Part shown: in pieces, positions 8,207 through 18,036 of the stretch
Layout: the number at the start of each line of letters is the position of its first letter
How positions within the stretch are numbered: position 1 is the stretch's first letter
Virus genome (UHGV): UHGV-1351569
Direction: 5' to 3' (one strand)
DNA length: 64,000 nucleotides
Origin: a virus
The notes under the pieces: generated by a model
Database searches by the model: none
What the model was told of the DNA's origin: nothing
The model's input: the letters and a program-made list of their open reading frames with translations, nothing else
Program-made: the position numbers and the translations under genes

Positions 8207-9216
8207 TGAAAACAGTAATGAAAAGCTATTTTGGTAGTCATCTTTATGGAACTTCTACCCCAGAATCTGATGTAGATTTTAAAGAAATCTTTGTTCCTCC
8301 TGCTCGCGATATTCTTATCGGAAATGTCAAAGAGCATATGAGTAAAAACACTAACAACACATCATCTAAAAACACTAAAGATGATATTGACCATGAACTA
8401 TACAGTCTTAAGTATTTCTTTAAATTAGCAGCAGATGGTGAAACCGTAGCATTGGATATGCTCCACACTCCACCTGAGCTAGTGGTTAAATCTGATTTAC
8501 CTGATGTATGGAAATTTATCCAAGACAATCGTTCACGGTTTTATACAACTAACATGAAATCCTATTTAGGATATGTCCGCAAGCAAGCTTCTAAATACGG
8601 TGTCAAGGGTTCTCGTTTGGCCGCATTACGTGATGTATTGAAAGTAGTTAATCAAATCCCTGAGCAATGGGTTGATTACCAAGAAGACGGCTCCATTAAG
8701 CAGCGTCGCACTAAAGTTGAAGATATTAAGCATCGTCTTCCAGAGAACGAATTCTGTGAATGGGTATTCCATAATCATGAGAAAACAGGTCCACAAACGT
8801 TCTACACTGTGTTGGGTCGTAAATATCAAACAACGCTTTCTCTTATTGAGCTTAAGCAGTCACTGAATAAATTAGATGCTGAATACGGCGAACGTGCTCG
8901 TAAGGCTGAAGCGAATGAGGGCATCGACTGGAAAGCTCTGAGTCATGCTTGTCGTGGTGGACTCCAACTATTGGAAATTTACAAAACTGGTGACTTAGTC
9001 TATCCACTTCAAGACGCTCCATTTATTCTCGACGTGAAGTTGGGTAAACATCCATTTAAAACTGTTCAAGAGTTTTTGGAAGATGTGGTCGATCAAGTAG
9101 AAGCAGCATCCATTGAAGCTTCTAAGAACGGTATGCAGCAAAAAGTAGACATGGGTTTCTGGGATGACTTCCTTGAGAGGGTTTATCTTGAAAACCACCG
9201 AAGTTATTATAAATGA
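8203..9216 (+). CDS. predicted nucleotidyltransferase-fold protein
   Basis: 337 aa; N-terminal GSHLYGTSTPESDVDF fits the pol-beta-type NTase G[SG]x9-13Dx[DE] motif. Confidence 0.6.
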   Translation: MMKTVMKSYFGSHLYGTSTPESDVDFKEIFVPPARDILIGNVKEHMSKNTNNTSSKNTKDDIDHELYSLKYFFKLAADGETVALDMLHTPPELVVKSDLPDVWKFIQDNRSRFYTTNMKSYLGYVRKQASKYGVKGSRLAALRDVLKVVNQIPEQWVDYQEDGSIKQRRTKVEDIKHRLPENEFCEWVFHNHEKTGPQTFYTVLGRKYQTTLSLIELKQSLNKLDAEYGERARKAEANEGIDWKALSHACRGGLQLLEIYKTGDLVYPLQDAPFILDVKLGKHPFKTVQEFLEDVVDQVEAASIEASKNGMQQKVDMGFWDDFLERVYLENHRSYYK

Positions 9217-9218
9217 TA

Positions 9219-9243
9219 GGGAGCCTTCGGGCTCCCTTTTTTA
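9219..9243 (+). terminator. rho-independent terminator
   Basis: gggagcc-ttcg-ggctccc then tttttta. Confidence 0.65.
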
Positions 9244-9266
9244 TTTCAAAATTTTTTCACAAAACG

Positions 9267-9296
9267 GTTTACAAGCATAAAGCTTTATGGTACTAT
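9267..9296 (+). promoter_or_regulatory. T4-type early promoter with conserved leader (PeSL-like cassette)
   Basis: GTTTAC, 18-bp spacer, TACTAT; leader repeated elsewhere. Confidence 0.5.
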
Positions 9297-9330
9297 ACAA
9301 CTATCAACTGATACGGATTTGGAGAATAAA

Positions 9331-10300
9331 ATGAAAACTGTAACTATCAATAAGGGTATCTACTTCGGTAAAGAAATCTCTGGAACTTTTGAGCTCTTAG
9401 GCGAATGGTTCCCAGATAATGCTCCGGTAGATGCACAAGGAGATGGTAAAGTTTTTGTTGAAATTGACGGTAAACGTCGCGGTGTTTGGGTTTACAAATC
9501 AGATATTTCATATGATGGTGTAAAAGTTGAAGAAGTTAAAGAATCGTATGAAGATATGAAAACCCGCATTAATAAAAGATTTAATGTTATGGGAATGATG
9601 ACGAATGGTATTATTAATGGAAATATTCGTTCATTGATTATCTCTGGTGCAGCAGGTATTGGTAAAACGTATTCTTTAGATAAAGCTTTAAATAAAGCAA
9701 ATGATATTGGATACATTGAATATAAAAGCATTAATGGTAAAATCTCTGGTATTGGTCTTTATGAGCAGCTTTGGAATAATCGTGAAGAGAATTCTGTCCT
9801 TTTGATTGATGATGTGGATGTTTTCTCTGATATGGACATTCTTAATCTTCTAAAAGCTGCTCTGGACACTGGAGAGACCCGTAAAGTCTGCTGGAGCACG
9901 GCGTCTTCTTACTTAGAAGAAAAAGGCATTGAGCGTGAGTTTGAATTTAAAGGAACGATTGTTTTTATCACAAACGTTGACATTGACCGCGAATTAGACC
10001 GTGGTACTAAACTTGCCCCCACACTTACAAGCATTAGTGTCCCGCTCGGTTTATTTGGATTTAGGCGTTCACACTAATGAAGAAATTATGGTCAGGGTTG
10101 AAGATGTTATTCTTTCAACTGACATGATGCAAAAGCGCGGTCTTTCTGATGAAGAAACTTATAAAGCATTATCATGGATGAAAGTTAATGTTAATCGTTT
10201 ACGCAATGTTTCACTGCGTACTGCTCTTTATCTTGCTGACTTTATTATGACCGACAAAAACGGTTGGGAAGAAATTGCTGAGGTTACTCTTCTGAAATAA
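9331..10300 (+). pseudogene. AAA+ ATPase gene interrupted by a frameshift (N-part 9331-10077, C-part frame from 10001)
   Basis: Walker A GAAGIGKT, Walker B VLLIDDVD, sensor-1 TIVFITNVD in first frame; lid-like C-domain continues in the next frame; frames meet at a C5 run 10016-10020. Confidence 0.6.
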
Positions 10301-10389
10301 TTCATAAGAGGACTTCTATGACAAAAAGGCAGTTCAGAAATAGATTATATGGACTGCCATTAAAAAGATGACTAGAATTAAACTGGTGA

Positions 10390-10704
10390 ATGGAGGTAAT
10401 GATGTTATACTCAAAGGCTCGTGAAATTTACGAAACTAAAATTAAAGAAGCAGTATTTCAGTTCGCAACAACGATGCGATGGACAAATGATTGGGAGTAT
10501 TCAAAAAATCATAAGAAGCCCATGGTGACAAGAAAGGCTCATATGTTAGTGTTAATAGACCGTGAGCAGATTAAAGCCCGAGAAGCCCTCCAGAATCATA
10601 AAAAGGCTGCCTTTGAATGGTTTATGGATAACACTGCTCCTGAGACTAAGAAAGCAGTGAGCGCCTGGTTCAGTGGAAAAAATTGTGAAAGAAGTTTCTT
10701 TTAG
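10390..10704 (+). CDS. hypothetical protein, ~100 aa
   Basis: ggagg RBS; exact start among adjacent ATGs uncertain. Confidence 0.5.
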   Translation: MEVMMLYSKAREIYETKIKEAVFQFATTMRWTNDWEYSKNHKKPMVTRKAHMLVLIDREQIKAREALQNHKKAAFEWFMDNTAPETKKAVSAWFSGKNCERSFF

Positions 10705-10706
10705 TG

Positions 10707-10736
10707 GTTTACAAGACTGTTCCTCTGTGGTACTAT
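10707..10736 (+). promoter_or_regulatory. T4-type early promoter with conserved leader (PeSL-like cassette)
   Basis: GTTTAC, 18-bp spacer, TACTAT, leader acaactatcaactacggaggaacagaaaATG. Confidence 0.5.
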
Positions 10737-10764
10737 ACAACTATCAACTACGGAGGAACAGAAA

Positions 10765-11292
10765 ATGAACGCTAAAGATATTTTCAACTTGGTAAATTAC
10801 AACGATGGTAAATTTAAATCTGAAGCACAAAGCAAGTTCTTTAACGACATCTCAATCGGAGGTGAAATTACTGTTGATGGAGGACAAATTTACAAATCCC
10901 GTTGGAATTGGATCGTTATTATCGATGAGATTGGTATTGTAGAAATTTACAAGAATACGAATAAAAATCGTACATTACACTGGTCTCGTGATACTAATGA
11001 ACAGTACAAAAAGGATAAAGCATCTAAATTATCTCGTGTAACTCAAGAAGATATTGAGTTCATCAAGAAAGATATTTTAATGTATGATAACTTAATTGCT
11101 GAAGAGCAAGCTGTTATTGATAAATTTGACGAGATTAAAGCTTCTCGTGAAATTCCTGATTTTATGAAAGAATCAGTAAATGAACGATACTCTCTCATTT
11201 CAGAGCGTATTGAAACTTACAAAAAGCAAAGAGCTGAACGCCAAAATACTCTTCGGAAGTTTGAAGAACGGTTAAAGACGGTACTCGCATAA
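10765..11292 (+). CDS. hypothetical protein, 175 aa
   Basis: ORF downstream of conserved leader. Confidence 0.6.
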   Translation: MNAKDIFNLVNYNDGKFKSEAQSKFFNDISIGGEITVDGGQIYKSRWNWIVIIDEIGIVEIYKNTNKNRTLHWSRDTNEQYKKDKASKLSRVTQEDIEFIKKDILMYDNLIAEEQAVIDKFDEIKASREIPDFMKESVNERYSLISERIETYKKQRAERQNTLRKFEERLKTVLA

Positions 11293-11347
11293 CCGCTTTA
11301 TACCAAGGATGGTATAATGGTTCTAAGCCCTTTTAATTGAGATTGTT

Positions 11348-11752
11348 ATGAAACAGTTGATAATTAAAAGATTGAATTTATTGATATGTTGTTTATGTAT
11401 AGTAATTGCATATGGTTATTACGCAATTAATGATTATATGCATTATAAAGATTATGATGTTACTGTAGTTAATACCTTTACAGGAACTCAAGGAAAGGGG
11501 TCTAGTTTATCGTTTATTGCTGTATATGAACTCAAAGACGGTTATAGATTTAGCGAATATATTTCACCAGAGATGTATTCATCAATAGAAAAAGGCGATA
11601 ATATTACTGTAAGTTTACGTCCTTTCGACGTAAAACAGACATTGTTTGATAATATTGTTTGGTTCTTTGGAATGGTATTAGTTCAATCTGTATGCGGTGC
11701 TTATATAGTCTTTTCCATCATATTCTGCATATTTAGTAAAATTGAAAATTGA
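11348..11752 (+). CDS. hypothetical membrane protein, 134 aa
   Basis: N- and C-terminal hydrophobic helices. Confidence 0.55.
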   Translation: MKQLIIKRLNLLICCLCIVIAYGYYAINDYMHYKDYDVTVVNTFTGTQGKGSSLSFIAVYELKDGYRFSEYISPEMYSSIEKGDNITVSLRPFDVKQTLFDNIVWFFGMVLVQSVCGAYIVFSIIFCIFSKIEN

Positions 11753-12651
11753 GTGAGGAAAATATGTCAGTAGTAATTAATAATGTCAATGCAGTAATTA
11801 AATCTTTAGTTAATAAAAAATTGAATGAATGGACTGTACTTCGTCGTGGAGAGCCAGATAAATTTTTTCATAGATTTAACCCAACTTTGGATTTGAATGT
11901 TATTGACAGAGATGTTCATGCTGAAATTTTAGATAAATTTAAAGTTGATATTGGGTTTGGATTAGATAAACATTTACAACGAACAAACGGGTCTGGAATG
12001 GGTTTATCTAATCGCATCATGAAAGCCCTTAATAAAATTGGAGCGTTGTCTCGTATTAATGCGAGTGAAATCCTTCGTAATTATAATAAAGGATATGACC
12101 TTTATGGTCGACTAATGCCAAAATTATCATTCGATCAAATGATTGCGGATTTGTGGGAAAATCAACGACGATTATTAGCATTGGGAGCTCGATTAGCTAA
12201 AGGTCTAGATAAACAAATGATTTTTAAGACCAATAATACAGAAGACCTTAAATGCTTTAAATTTAGTATTCGTGGCGATGATTATTACATCAGAACTCGC
12301 TCCACAGATTATGTCAATATGGGCCATCATCTCTGTTTAGCTTTTGAAGTTTTAAAAGAAGCTGGAACATTAGAATATACGTCTGGTACTAAATGCCCGA
12401 TTGGTTCAAATTGTATTTTGATTTATCGCCCGGATGAATCCAGTTCAACTAAATTGCCTACGAAACCTGTACCAGTTCGTAGTAATGAAAAACATTCTGA
12501 ACAAATTGATTATTTTAATAAGCAAATTGAAGAGCTGAATATTTCTATTCAACAGTATGACGATGAAATTTTCAGACTATCTGGATTGAGTAGTAAAGCT
12601 AAATCTGAGCGTGAAAAGTTAATTAAAATTGTCGATTTACTTAAATCTTAA
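11749..12651 (+). CDS. hypothetical protein, 300 aa, C-terminal coiled-coil tail (member 1 of 4-gene tandem family)
   Basis: ATGA overlap upstream; C-terminal heptad-like helix. Confidence 0.6.
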   Translation: MSEENMSVVINNVNAVIKSLVNKKLNEWTVLRRGEPDKFFHRFNPTLDLNVIDRDVHAEILDKFKVDIGFGLDKHLQRTNGSGMGLSNRIMKALNKIGALSRINASEILRNYNKGYDLYGRLMPKLSFDQMIADLWENQRRLLALGARLAKGLDKQMIFKTNNTEDLKCFKFSIRGDDYYIRTRSTDYVNMGHHLCLAFEVLKEAGTLEYTSGTKCPIGSNCILIYRPDESSSTKLPTKPVPVRSNEKHSEQIDYFNKQIEELNISIQQYDDEIFRLSGLSSKAKSEREKLIKIVDLLKS

Positions 12652-12659
12652 GGAACACC

Positions 12660-13688
12660 ATGAAAACTCGTTCTCAAATTGAAGATATGGTTCGTAACGC
12701 CAGCTATACTCGTGATGTTATGACATTTTTGTGCCAAAATAATTTAGACCCTGATAAAGTTAATCGTGTTATTCATCACTTTAAGTATACGAATAGCAGT
12801 GAATGGGTGCGTAATTTTAGTAAAGCGGGGTATATTACACAAATGACTGCTCGTGAGCAGCTCACCGATTTCTGTAAAACTATTGATTATAAAAATCCTC
12901 TATTTGTTCAAGGCGTTGGTCAAAGTAAGGTCGATTTATCAACAGGATTTTTTAATCCAAATCATTATCGTATTGAATGGAGATTTATTGCTCTATTCCG
13001 TAAACAATTAAAGCAAATTTTGTCTACTGCTAGTCGATTAAAAGGTTCTGATATTAACTTAAAGAATCTGAAATTTGATGGTTATACTCTTCAGATGGAA
13101 GTAAGACCATTAAAAGAAAATAACAGAACTGCACGAATTAGCTTTAAACCTAATACAAAAAATTCTCTTTCAATTTGCGAATGCCTTAAATCGCAGTTGA
13201 CAGAAGCATTTAAGTATATGGATGTTGTTGCTGCTGTTCAGTCTAAGATTTCACAACATTTCGAACGATTTAAATTAGACACAACAACATATGAACTTGA
13301 TATGATCGTTTCATTTAAATATGAATTTTTGAGAAAGGACGAAGTTACACAAGAGAAAAAGCAAGAAGTGCAAGATAACTTAAATTTAAATTTATCCAAT
13401 TACTCATCAAACGATCCTAAATTTTGGATGTATAGTTCAGGTAATAAGGATGCATGGAAATTCAATAAAGTGAATTTTCTTCCTGTTGAAAATCCGAGTC
13501 TTAAACCTGTTGAAAAATGGCATGCAGATGCGATTGAGAAGTCTATCAAGGCAGTAGATGATGAACTCGTTAAAGCAACTAATGAAGTGCTAGAAGCTGA
13601 AAAGATGCTAGAAAAAGCTCAAGAAAAAGTCAAAAATCTCACGAAGCAACGTTCTAAACTGAACAATGCACTAAATGCACTGAACTAG
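12660..13688 (+). CDS. hypothetical protein, 342 aa, C-terminal coiled-coil tail (family member 2)
   Basis: N-terminus MKTRSQIEDM; C-terminal KAQEKVKNLTKQRSKLNNALNALN. Confidence 0.6.
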   Translation: MKTRSQIEDMVRNASYTRDVMTFLCQNNLDPDKVNRVIHHFKYTNSSEWVRNFSKAGYITQMTAREQLTDFCKTIDYKNPLFVQGVGQSKVDLSTGFFNPNHYRIEWRFIALFRKQLKQILSTASRLKGSDINLKNLKFDGYTLQMEVRPLKENNRTARISFKPNTKNSLSICECLKSQLTEAFKYMDVVAAVQSKISQHFERFKLDTTTYELDMIVSFKYEFLRKDEVTQEKKQEVQDNLNLNLSNYSSNDPKFWMYSSGNKDAWKFNKVNFLPVENPSLKPVEKWHADAIEKSIKAVDDELVKATNEVLEAEKMLEKAQEKVKNLTKQRSKLNNALNALN

Positions 13689-13718
13689 TTTACTTTACCA
13701 CAGGGATGTGGTATAATG
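13689..13718 (+). promoter_or_regulatory. T4-type early promoter
   Basis: GTTTAC, 18-bp spacer, TGgTATAAT. Confidence 0.5.
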
Positions 13719-13745
13719 TTCTTACTTTCTACTGAGGAGATTAAT

Positions 13746-14747
13746 ATGACTCGTAACGAATATATCAAATCATTCAATAGCGTTATTGATGATAAAGCTA
13801 TACCGATGTTTGGCCAAAATAGCGTTCTTTCTATTATCAATCAATGGCTCAATAGTGTTGATGCAAGTATTGTTTCTTCTACTAAATTTATTCATGAAAT
13901 TCGTAAAATTTCTAGCCGTGTAGATAAAGATGTTATCAAGAAAACCTTTAAAGAGTCTCGTCTTCTTTCATATTTGGTTAATCGGGATATTCTTGGTAAT
14001 TTTGGGAAAGAAATTAAACGAACCAAAGATGTAGTAGGATATAATTGGTTCGGTGATGTTAATTCTTATCATCTTAATAATAAAGAAGACCCTGAGAATA
14101 TTTTTACTCGTCGTTGGATTAGTAATTTCAGACTTTTCAAAGGACAGATTCTAAAATCAGCTTCTAAATTATGTTATGGCGATTATCGTCAAATTCATCC
14201 TTTGGCTTCTGATATGATTATCATAAAAGAATATGAACTTGATAAAAATAAAGTATCTATTTTTGTGAATTATGGATTTTTTACACCAGAAACTAACCAA
14301 AAGAATATTAATAAATTTTTCTCAATTGCTAGCACTATAACTCGTCAATTAGAGACCGCATTACTTTGTATGGAAACAGTAGAAAATATTCATACATATC
14401 CTTTTAAGAATATATGCGGATGGGAAGGATATAAAATTGTAATTAGTCTTCGTGAAGTGAAATGTGCTTATTCACCTACTGATAAAGAAATTTATCAACA
14501 AAAATGTGAGGAAATTGTGAATACTCCTAAAGAAGAAACTACCCTTGAGGAACTAATGGAATGTCTTGATGATTCACCTGAACCGGTAGAAATTCGTCCA
14601 GAAGTTATTGCATTAGAAAAAGCTTATAAAGAAGTTCTAGAAATTTCTAATAAAGCGCAGAAAGAATATGAGCAGGCTAAAAGGATTTGGGAAGAATCTG
14701 TTAATCGTCTTGATCGTCTGGAACAAGCTTTACAGTTAATTAAGTAA
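13746..14747 (+). CDS. hypothetical protein, 333 aa, C-terminal coiled-coil tail (family member 3)
   Basis: ATG at 13746 after gaggag RBS; N-terminus MTRNEYIKSF. Confidence 0.6.
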   Translation: MTRNEYIKSFNSVIDDKAIPMFGQNSVLSIINQWLNSVDASIVSSTKFIHEIRKISSRVDKDVIKKTFKESRLLSYLVNRDILGNFGKEIKRTKDVVGYNWFGDVNSYHLNNKEDPENIFTRRWISNFRLFKGQILKSASKLCYGDYRQIHPLASDMIIIKEYELDKNKVSIFVNYGFFTPETNQKNINKFFSIASTITRQLETALLCMETVENIHTYPFKNICGWEGYKIVISLREVKCAYSPTDKEIYQQKCEEIVNTPKEETTLEELMECLDDSPEPVEIRPEVIALEKAYKEVLEISNKAQKEYEQAKRIWEESVNRLDRLEQALQLIK

Positions 14748-14799
14748 TTTAAAGCCAAGGATGGCTCGGAGTATAAACTATTAACCAAGTGAGAAGAAC

Positions 14800-15726
14800 A
14801 TGAAAACTCGTAAACATTATATTGATTATTTTGACAGTCTTATTACTAAACATCGTAATTATCAGATAGGACACAGAGCAGTAATCAATAATATTCTTCG
14901 TGATTTTTTAGACTATATTGGATGGGAAAACCATATTTGTAAAGATACACAAAATGCGTATTCACATTCTCTTGGTTCTTTGCTCGAGTGGTTCAAACGT
15001 TCCCGATTACTATCTTCTGTGATAGCTGTTAATAATGTTAAAAAATTTATGTATCCAAGCTACATTGAGACTAATGTATCAAATGCTAGTGTTGTTACAT
15101 TTAATATTATTAACGACGTGAAAAGAACTTATTTAGAAGAATGGTTTTCTAAAGATAGTAAAGAAAAATTTGCCAGTGAGTTTTCACACGAATTTAATAA
15201 TAATGTGAATATGCTTTTTAAGCATTCTCGTAGACTGTTTTGTCATGGCGATGACCGTACTATTAATGTAAATGTAAAAGATTGGGTTACGGCTAAATTC
15301 ATTCCATCATCACAGAATGGACCATTTGAATTGTCAATTATTGTTTGTGCTCCGCATGAAATATATAAAAATATTCCATATATGAAACCATGTGAAGCTA
15401 ATAAACATAATAAAACGATTCGTTCTTTGACTTATAATCTTCGTACGTTATTGTCTAAAATGGACGTAGTTGAATCCTTTGATGATAATACGAATTATGG
15501 TCTTTCACTATTTGAAACTAAAGTTGTTATTAAGTTAAAGGACCCTAGTAAATTTAAACCTACGCCAAAGCCCAATCGTGGGAATGATACTATGAAAGAA
15601 GAACGCGAATATCTCAGTGCTCGTTTGATTGAAGTTGAAAAACAGATTGAAGAGCATACTAAAGTTATTAAGGCTTTAACTGCCAAAGCAAATGGTTTAC
15701 GTGATGCTATTGAGGTACTGAAATGA
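14800..15726 (+). CDS. hypothetical protein, 308 aa, C-terminal coiled-coil tail (family member 4)
   Basis: N-terminus MKTRKHYIDYF; C-terminal helix [31 protein letters not shown]. Confidence 0.6.
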   Translation: MKTRKHYIDYFDSLITKHRNYQIGHRAVINNILRDFLDYIGWENHICKDTQNAYSHSLGSLLEWFKRSRLLSSVIAVNNVKKFMYPSYIETNVSNASVVTFNIINDVKRTYLEEWFSKDSKEKFASEFSHEFNNNVNMLFKHSRRLFCHGDDRTINVNVKDWVTAKFIPSSQNGPFELSIIVCAPHEIYKNIPYMKPCEANKHNKTIRSLTYNLRTLLSKMDVVESFDDNTNYGLSLFETKVVIKLKDPSKFKPTPKPNRGNDTMKEEREYLSARLIEVEKQIEEHTKVIKALTAKANGLRDAIEVLK

Positions 15727-16040
15727 AAAAGCGTTTATTAGAAGATATTGCAGCTTCAAGTAATTCCAGTCTAATTAAAATTATTATGGCTGGTGAAGAA
15801 GACGATCTGGAAATGCGTGGAAAGATTCATGGTTGTGACGATTTAGATTTTAAACCTCCAGCTTGGGATGCCATTATGGCTATGGTTGAACGTCGCGAAA
15901 GGGCTTCTAAAAGCGTTCCTAATTGTCCTGAATGCGGTACTGAACAGGTTCAATTAGTCCATTGGCAGACTAGTAATCTTCGTTATAAATGCCGTCATTG
16001 CAAACACCGATTTAACCGAGAAGAAAATGACCAAGCGTAA
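15723..16040 (+). CDS. small zinc-ribbon protein, 105 aa
   Basis: CPECGTEQ...CRHCKHRF (CxxC...CxxC). Confidence 0.55.
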   Translation: MKKRLLEDIAASSNSSLIKIIMAGEEDDLEMRGKIHGCDDLDFKPPAWDAIMAMVERRERASKSVPNCPECGTEQVQLVHWQTSNLRYKCRHCKHRFNREENDQA

Positions 16041-16254
16041 AGAATATATGGAGATTGCTGAAAAGGCAGTACGTGAATTAGCAATAGCATATTATAATGA
16101 ACATGGTAAATTTCCTGATAGATACAGCGTGCTTAAATCTGCTTTAACTCGTTCATATAAAAATATGCTATCAGAAGTAAGTGATATTATTACAAACATA
16201 AAGAACAAACGGGCCAAAGTCTTGATTACGACGAGACTTTTAAACAAGTACTAG
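16027..16254 (+). CDS. hypothetical protein, 75 aa
   Basis: ORF from track. Confidence 0.5.
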   Translation: MTKRKEYMEIAEKAVRELAIAYYNEHGKFPDRYSVLKSALTRSYKNMLSEVSDIITNIKNKRAKVLITTRLLNKY

Positions 16255-16269
16255 GAATTAAGGAATAAT

Positions 16270-16533
16270 ATGTTTAAAGTATATGGTTATGATAGCAACA
16301 TCCATAAATGTGTGTATTGCGATAATGCAAAACGTCTTTTGACTGTGAAGAAACAGCCGTTTGAATTTATCAATATTATGCCGGAAAAAGGTGTTTTTGA
16401 TGATGAGAAAATCGCTGAGCTTCTGACGAAACTAGGTCGTGATACTCAAATTGGTTTGACAATGCCACAAGTATTTGCTCCTGATGGAAGTCATATTGGC
16501 GGATTTGACCAATTGCGGGAATACTTTAAATGA
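16270..16533 (+). CDS. nrdC: phage thioredoxin/glutaredoxin NrdC
   Basis: 87 aa; CVYC active site; matches recalled T4 NrdC. Confidence 0.9.
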   Translation: MFKVYGYDSNIHKCVYCDNAKRLLTVKKQPFEFINIMPEKGVFDDEKIAELLTKLGRDTQIGLTMPQVFAPDGSHIGGFDQLREYFK

Positions 16534-16745
16534 TGCTCGAAGGAACTGATTATATCCATGACTACCGCGGAAGCGCGGTATATGTAGGTGATGAGGTTGC
16601 AGTTTATTACGGGTATGGAACTTTGATGACAGCAAAGGTTATTCAAATTAAAAATAACCGTGCTAAACTCGAAGTTTATTATTCTAATGGTGAAAAGTCT
16701 ATTTCTAAGTGGAAATACGGCGATTGCATGGTCAAACTGGGGTAA
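16530..16745 (+). CDS. hypothetical protein, 71 aa
   Basis: ATGA overlap with nrdC stop. Confidence 0.5.
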   Translation: MMLEGTDYIHDYRGSAVYVGDEVAVYYGYGTLMTAKVIQIKNNRAKLEVYYSNGEKSISKWKYGDCMVKLG

Positions 16746-16747
16746 AT

Positions 16748-16918
16748 ATGATTTACGATATTAATGTAGCAAGAGCTCCGTCAATGGTTACTATTCCAGC
16801 TGAAGAATTAGATCGTCTTCAGAAAATTGAAGAGCTTCTTTGGGAAATTGAATCTGATTTGCCATCAGGACTAGAATCCTGGATTGATTATGAAGAACTT
16901 AATAAATTGCGAAATTAA
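16748..16918 (+). CDS. hypothetical protein, 56 aa
   Basis: ATG at 16748 just after upstream stop. Confidence 0.4.
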   Translation: MIYDINVARAPSMVTIPAEELDRLQKIEELLWEIESDLPSGLESWIDYEELNKLRN

Positions 16919-16928
16919 TTGGTGAAAA

Positions 16929-17249
16929 ATGAATATTGAAAATAAATTAGATGTTGATGCAGTTCTGAGCGAAATCATCGAAGACCATGATGCATTTTCA
17001 GAAAATTATGATTTCGATTTTTCGGATTATCTTAAACCTGTCGAAATAGAAGACTGGGTGCAAGATGGTAAATGCCAATATCGTCAGTGTGTTTATTTTA
17101 GTCCAAAACATAACGTTCATGTGTCTGTAAATGAATCTCGTTCAGGTTCTTACCATTCTGACTGGTATTATGCAGTTCCGACTGTTGAACTAGTCGAGCC
17201 CCGTGAACGTGTAGTAACTCAGACAGTACGAGAATGGATTACGCTATAA
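16929..17249 (+). CDS. hypothetical acidic protein, 106 aa
   Basis: ORF from track. Confidence 0.5.
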   Translation: MNIENKLDVDAVLSEIIEDHDAFSENYDFDFSDYLKPVEIEDWVQDGKCQYRQCVYFSPKHNVHVSVNESRSGSYHSDWYYAVPTVELVEPRERVVTQTVREWITL

Positions 17250-17354
17250 AACCTTGGTGGGCGGCTAGATGGGAAACAGTAGAGCCAGAGCCGGAAGAAC
17301 CGGTTTACACTGATGAAGAAACAGTATATAATGAACCAACAATAAATGACTTAA

Positions 17355-17819
17355 TTGATATGGAGATGGGACATGATTACAGTAGATAAGTGGTTTAGAA
17401 TTAATCGTGCTGATAAAGGGCTGTGTAATTACTGGCCGGAACTTAGTGCAGGTACTGTCTTTAAAGTTCGTGAACTTGCAAAAGAATGCGAAGATGATAT
17501 AGAACCTGATACTGGAATTATTGAAATTGAACTTTCTGATGGAAAGATTATTAACATCTATGATAAGCCAATTACATATTGGTGCTTGTGGAATACCGAA
17601 TCAGTAGAAAATGGCGAAATTGAAGAAGTTGTAGAACGAGTTGATCAAGCTATTCATAAACCTAAAGCCGCTTTTCAAGGTGAACGCATTTCATATGCAT
17701 TATCTAAATCGGCGTTGAAAAAAGATATTGATGATTACGAAGGAAATTTAATGCAAGCCGCGGCAGAATATATTGAATGGCTTGAAACTCAAATTTCTTT
17801 TTCTGACCGAGCGTTTTAA
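17355..17819 (+). CDS. hypothetical protein, 154 aa (at the position where T4 carries pin)
   Basis: ORF from track; assignment to pin is positional only. Confidence 0.5.
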   Translation: MIWRWDMITVDKWFRINRADKGLCNYWPELSAGTVFKVRELAKECEDDIEPDTGIIEIELSDGKIINIYDKPITYWCLWNTESVENGEIEEVVERVDQAIHKPKAAFQGERISYALSKSALKKDIDDYEGNLMQAAAEYIEWLETQISFSDRAF

Positions 17820-17995
17820 TGAAAACCGAATTAATTTATACTGAAAAGTTAAATGGTGGTAAGGTTTGGAAACTTTTTATTAAAGGAAGTCCTACTGACC
17901 CTAATATGACCACTTGTATAGGAACTTATTCTCGTCCTACTAAAAAGATGATTCGACAATATAAGCGATTGCATCGAATGTTTTACAATACTTGA
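17819..17995 (+). CDS. hypothetical basic small protein, 58 aa (below track cutoff)
   Basis: Hand-translated; aATG overlaps upstream stop. Confidence 0.4.
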   Translation: MKTELIYTEKLNGGKVWKLFIKGSPTDPNMTTCIGTYSRPTKKMIRQYKRLHRMFYNT

Positions 17996-18007
17996 AAATA
18001 ATAAATA

Positions 18008-18036
18008 CCCTTATCTATTCAAGGTAAGGGTTTATT
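18008..18036 (+). promoter_or_regulatory. stem-loop over the gene 49 ribosome-binding region
   Basis: ccctta...taaggg inverted repeat enclosing the aagg SD, 6 nt before ATG. Confidence 0.45.

Noticed and set aside
18001-18010. Possible late promoter (ataataaata) upstream of gene 49
   Set aside because: Not an exact TATAAATA match; left uncalled
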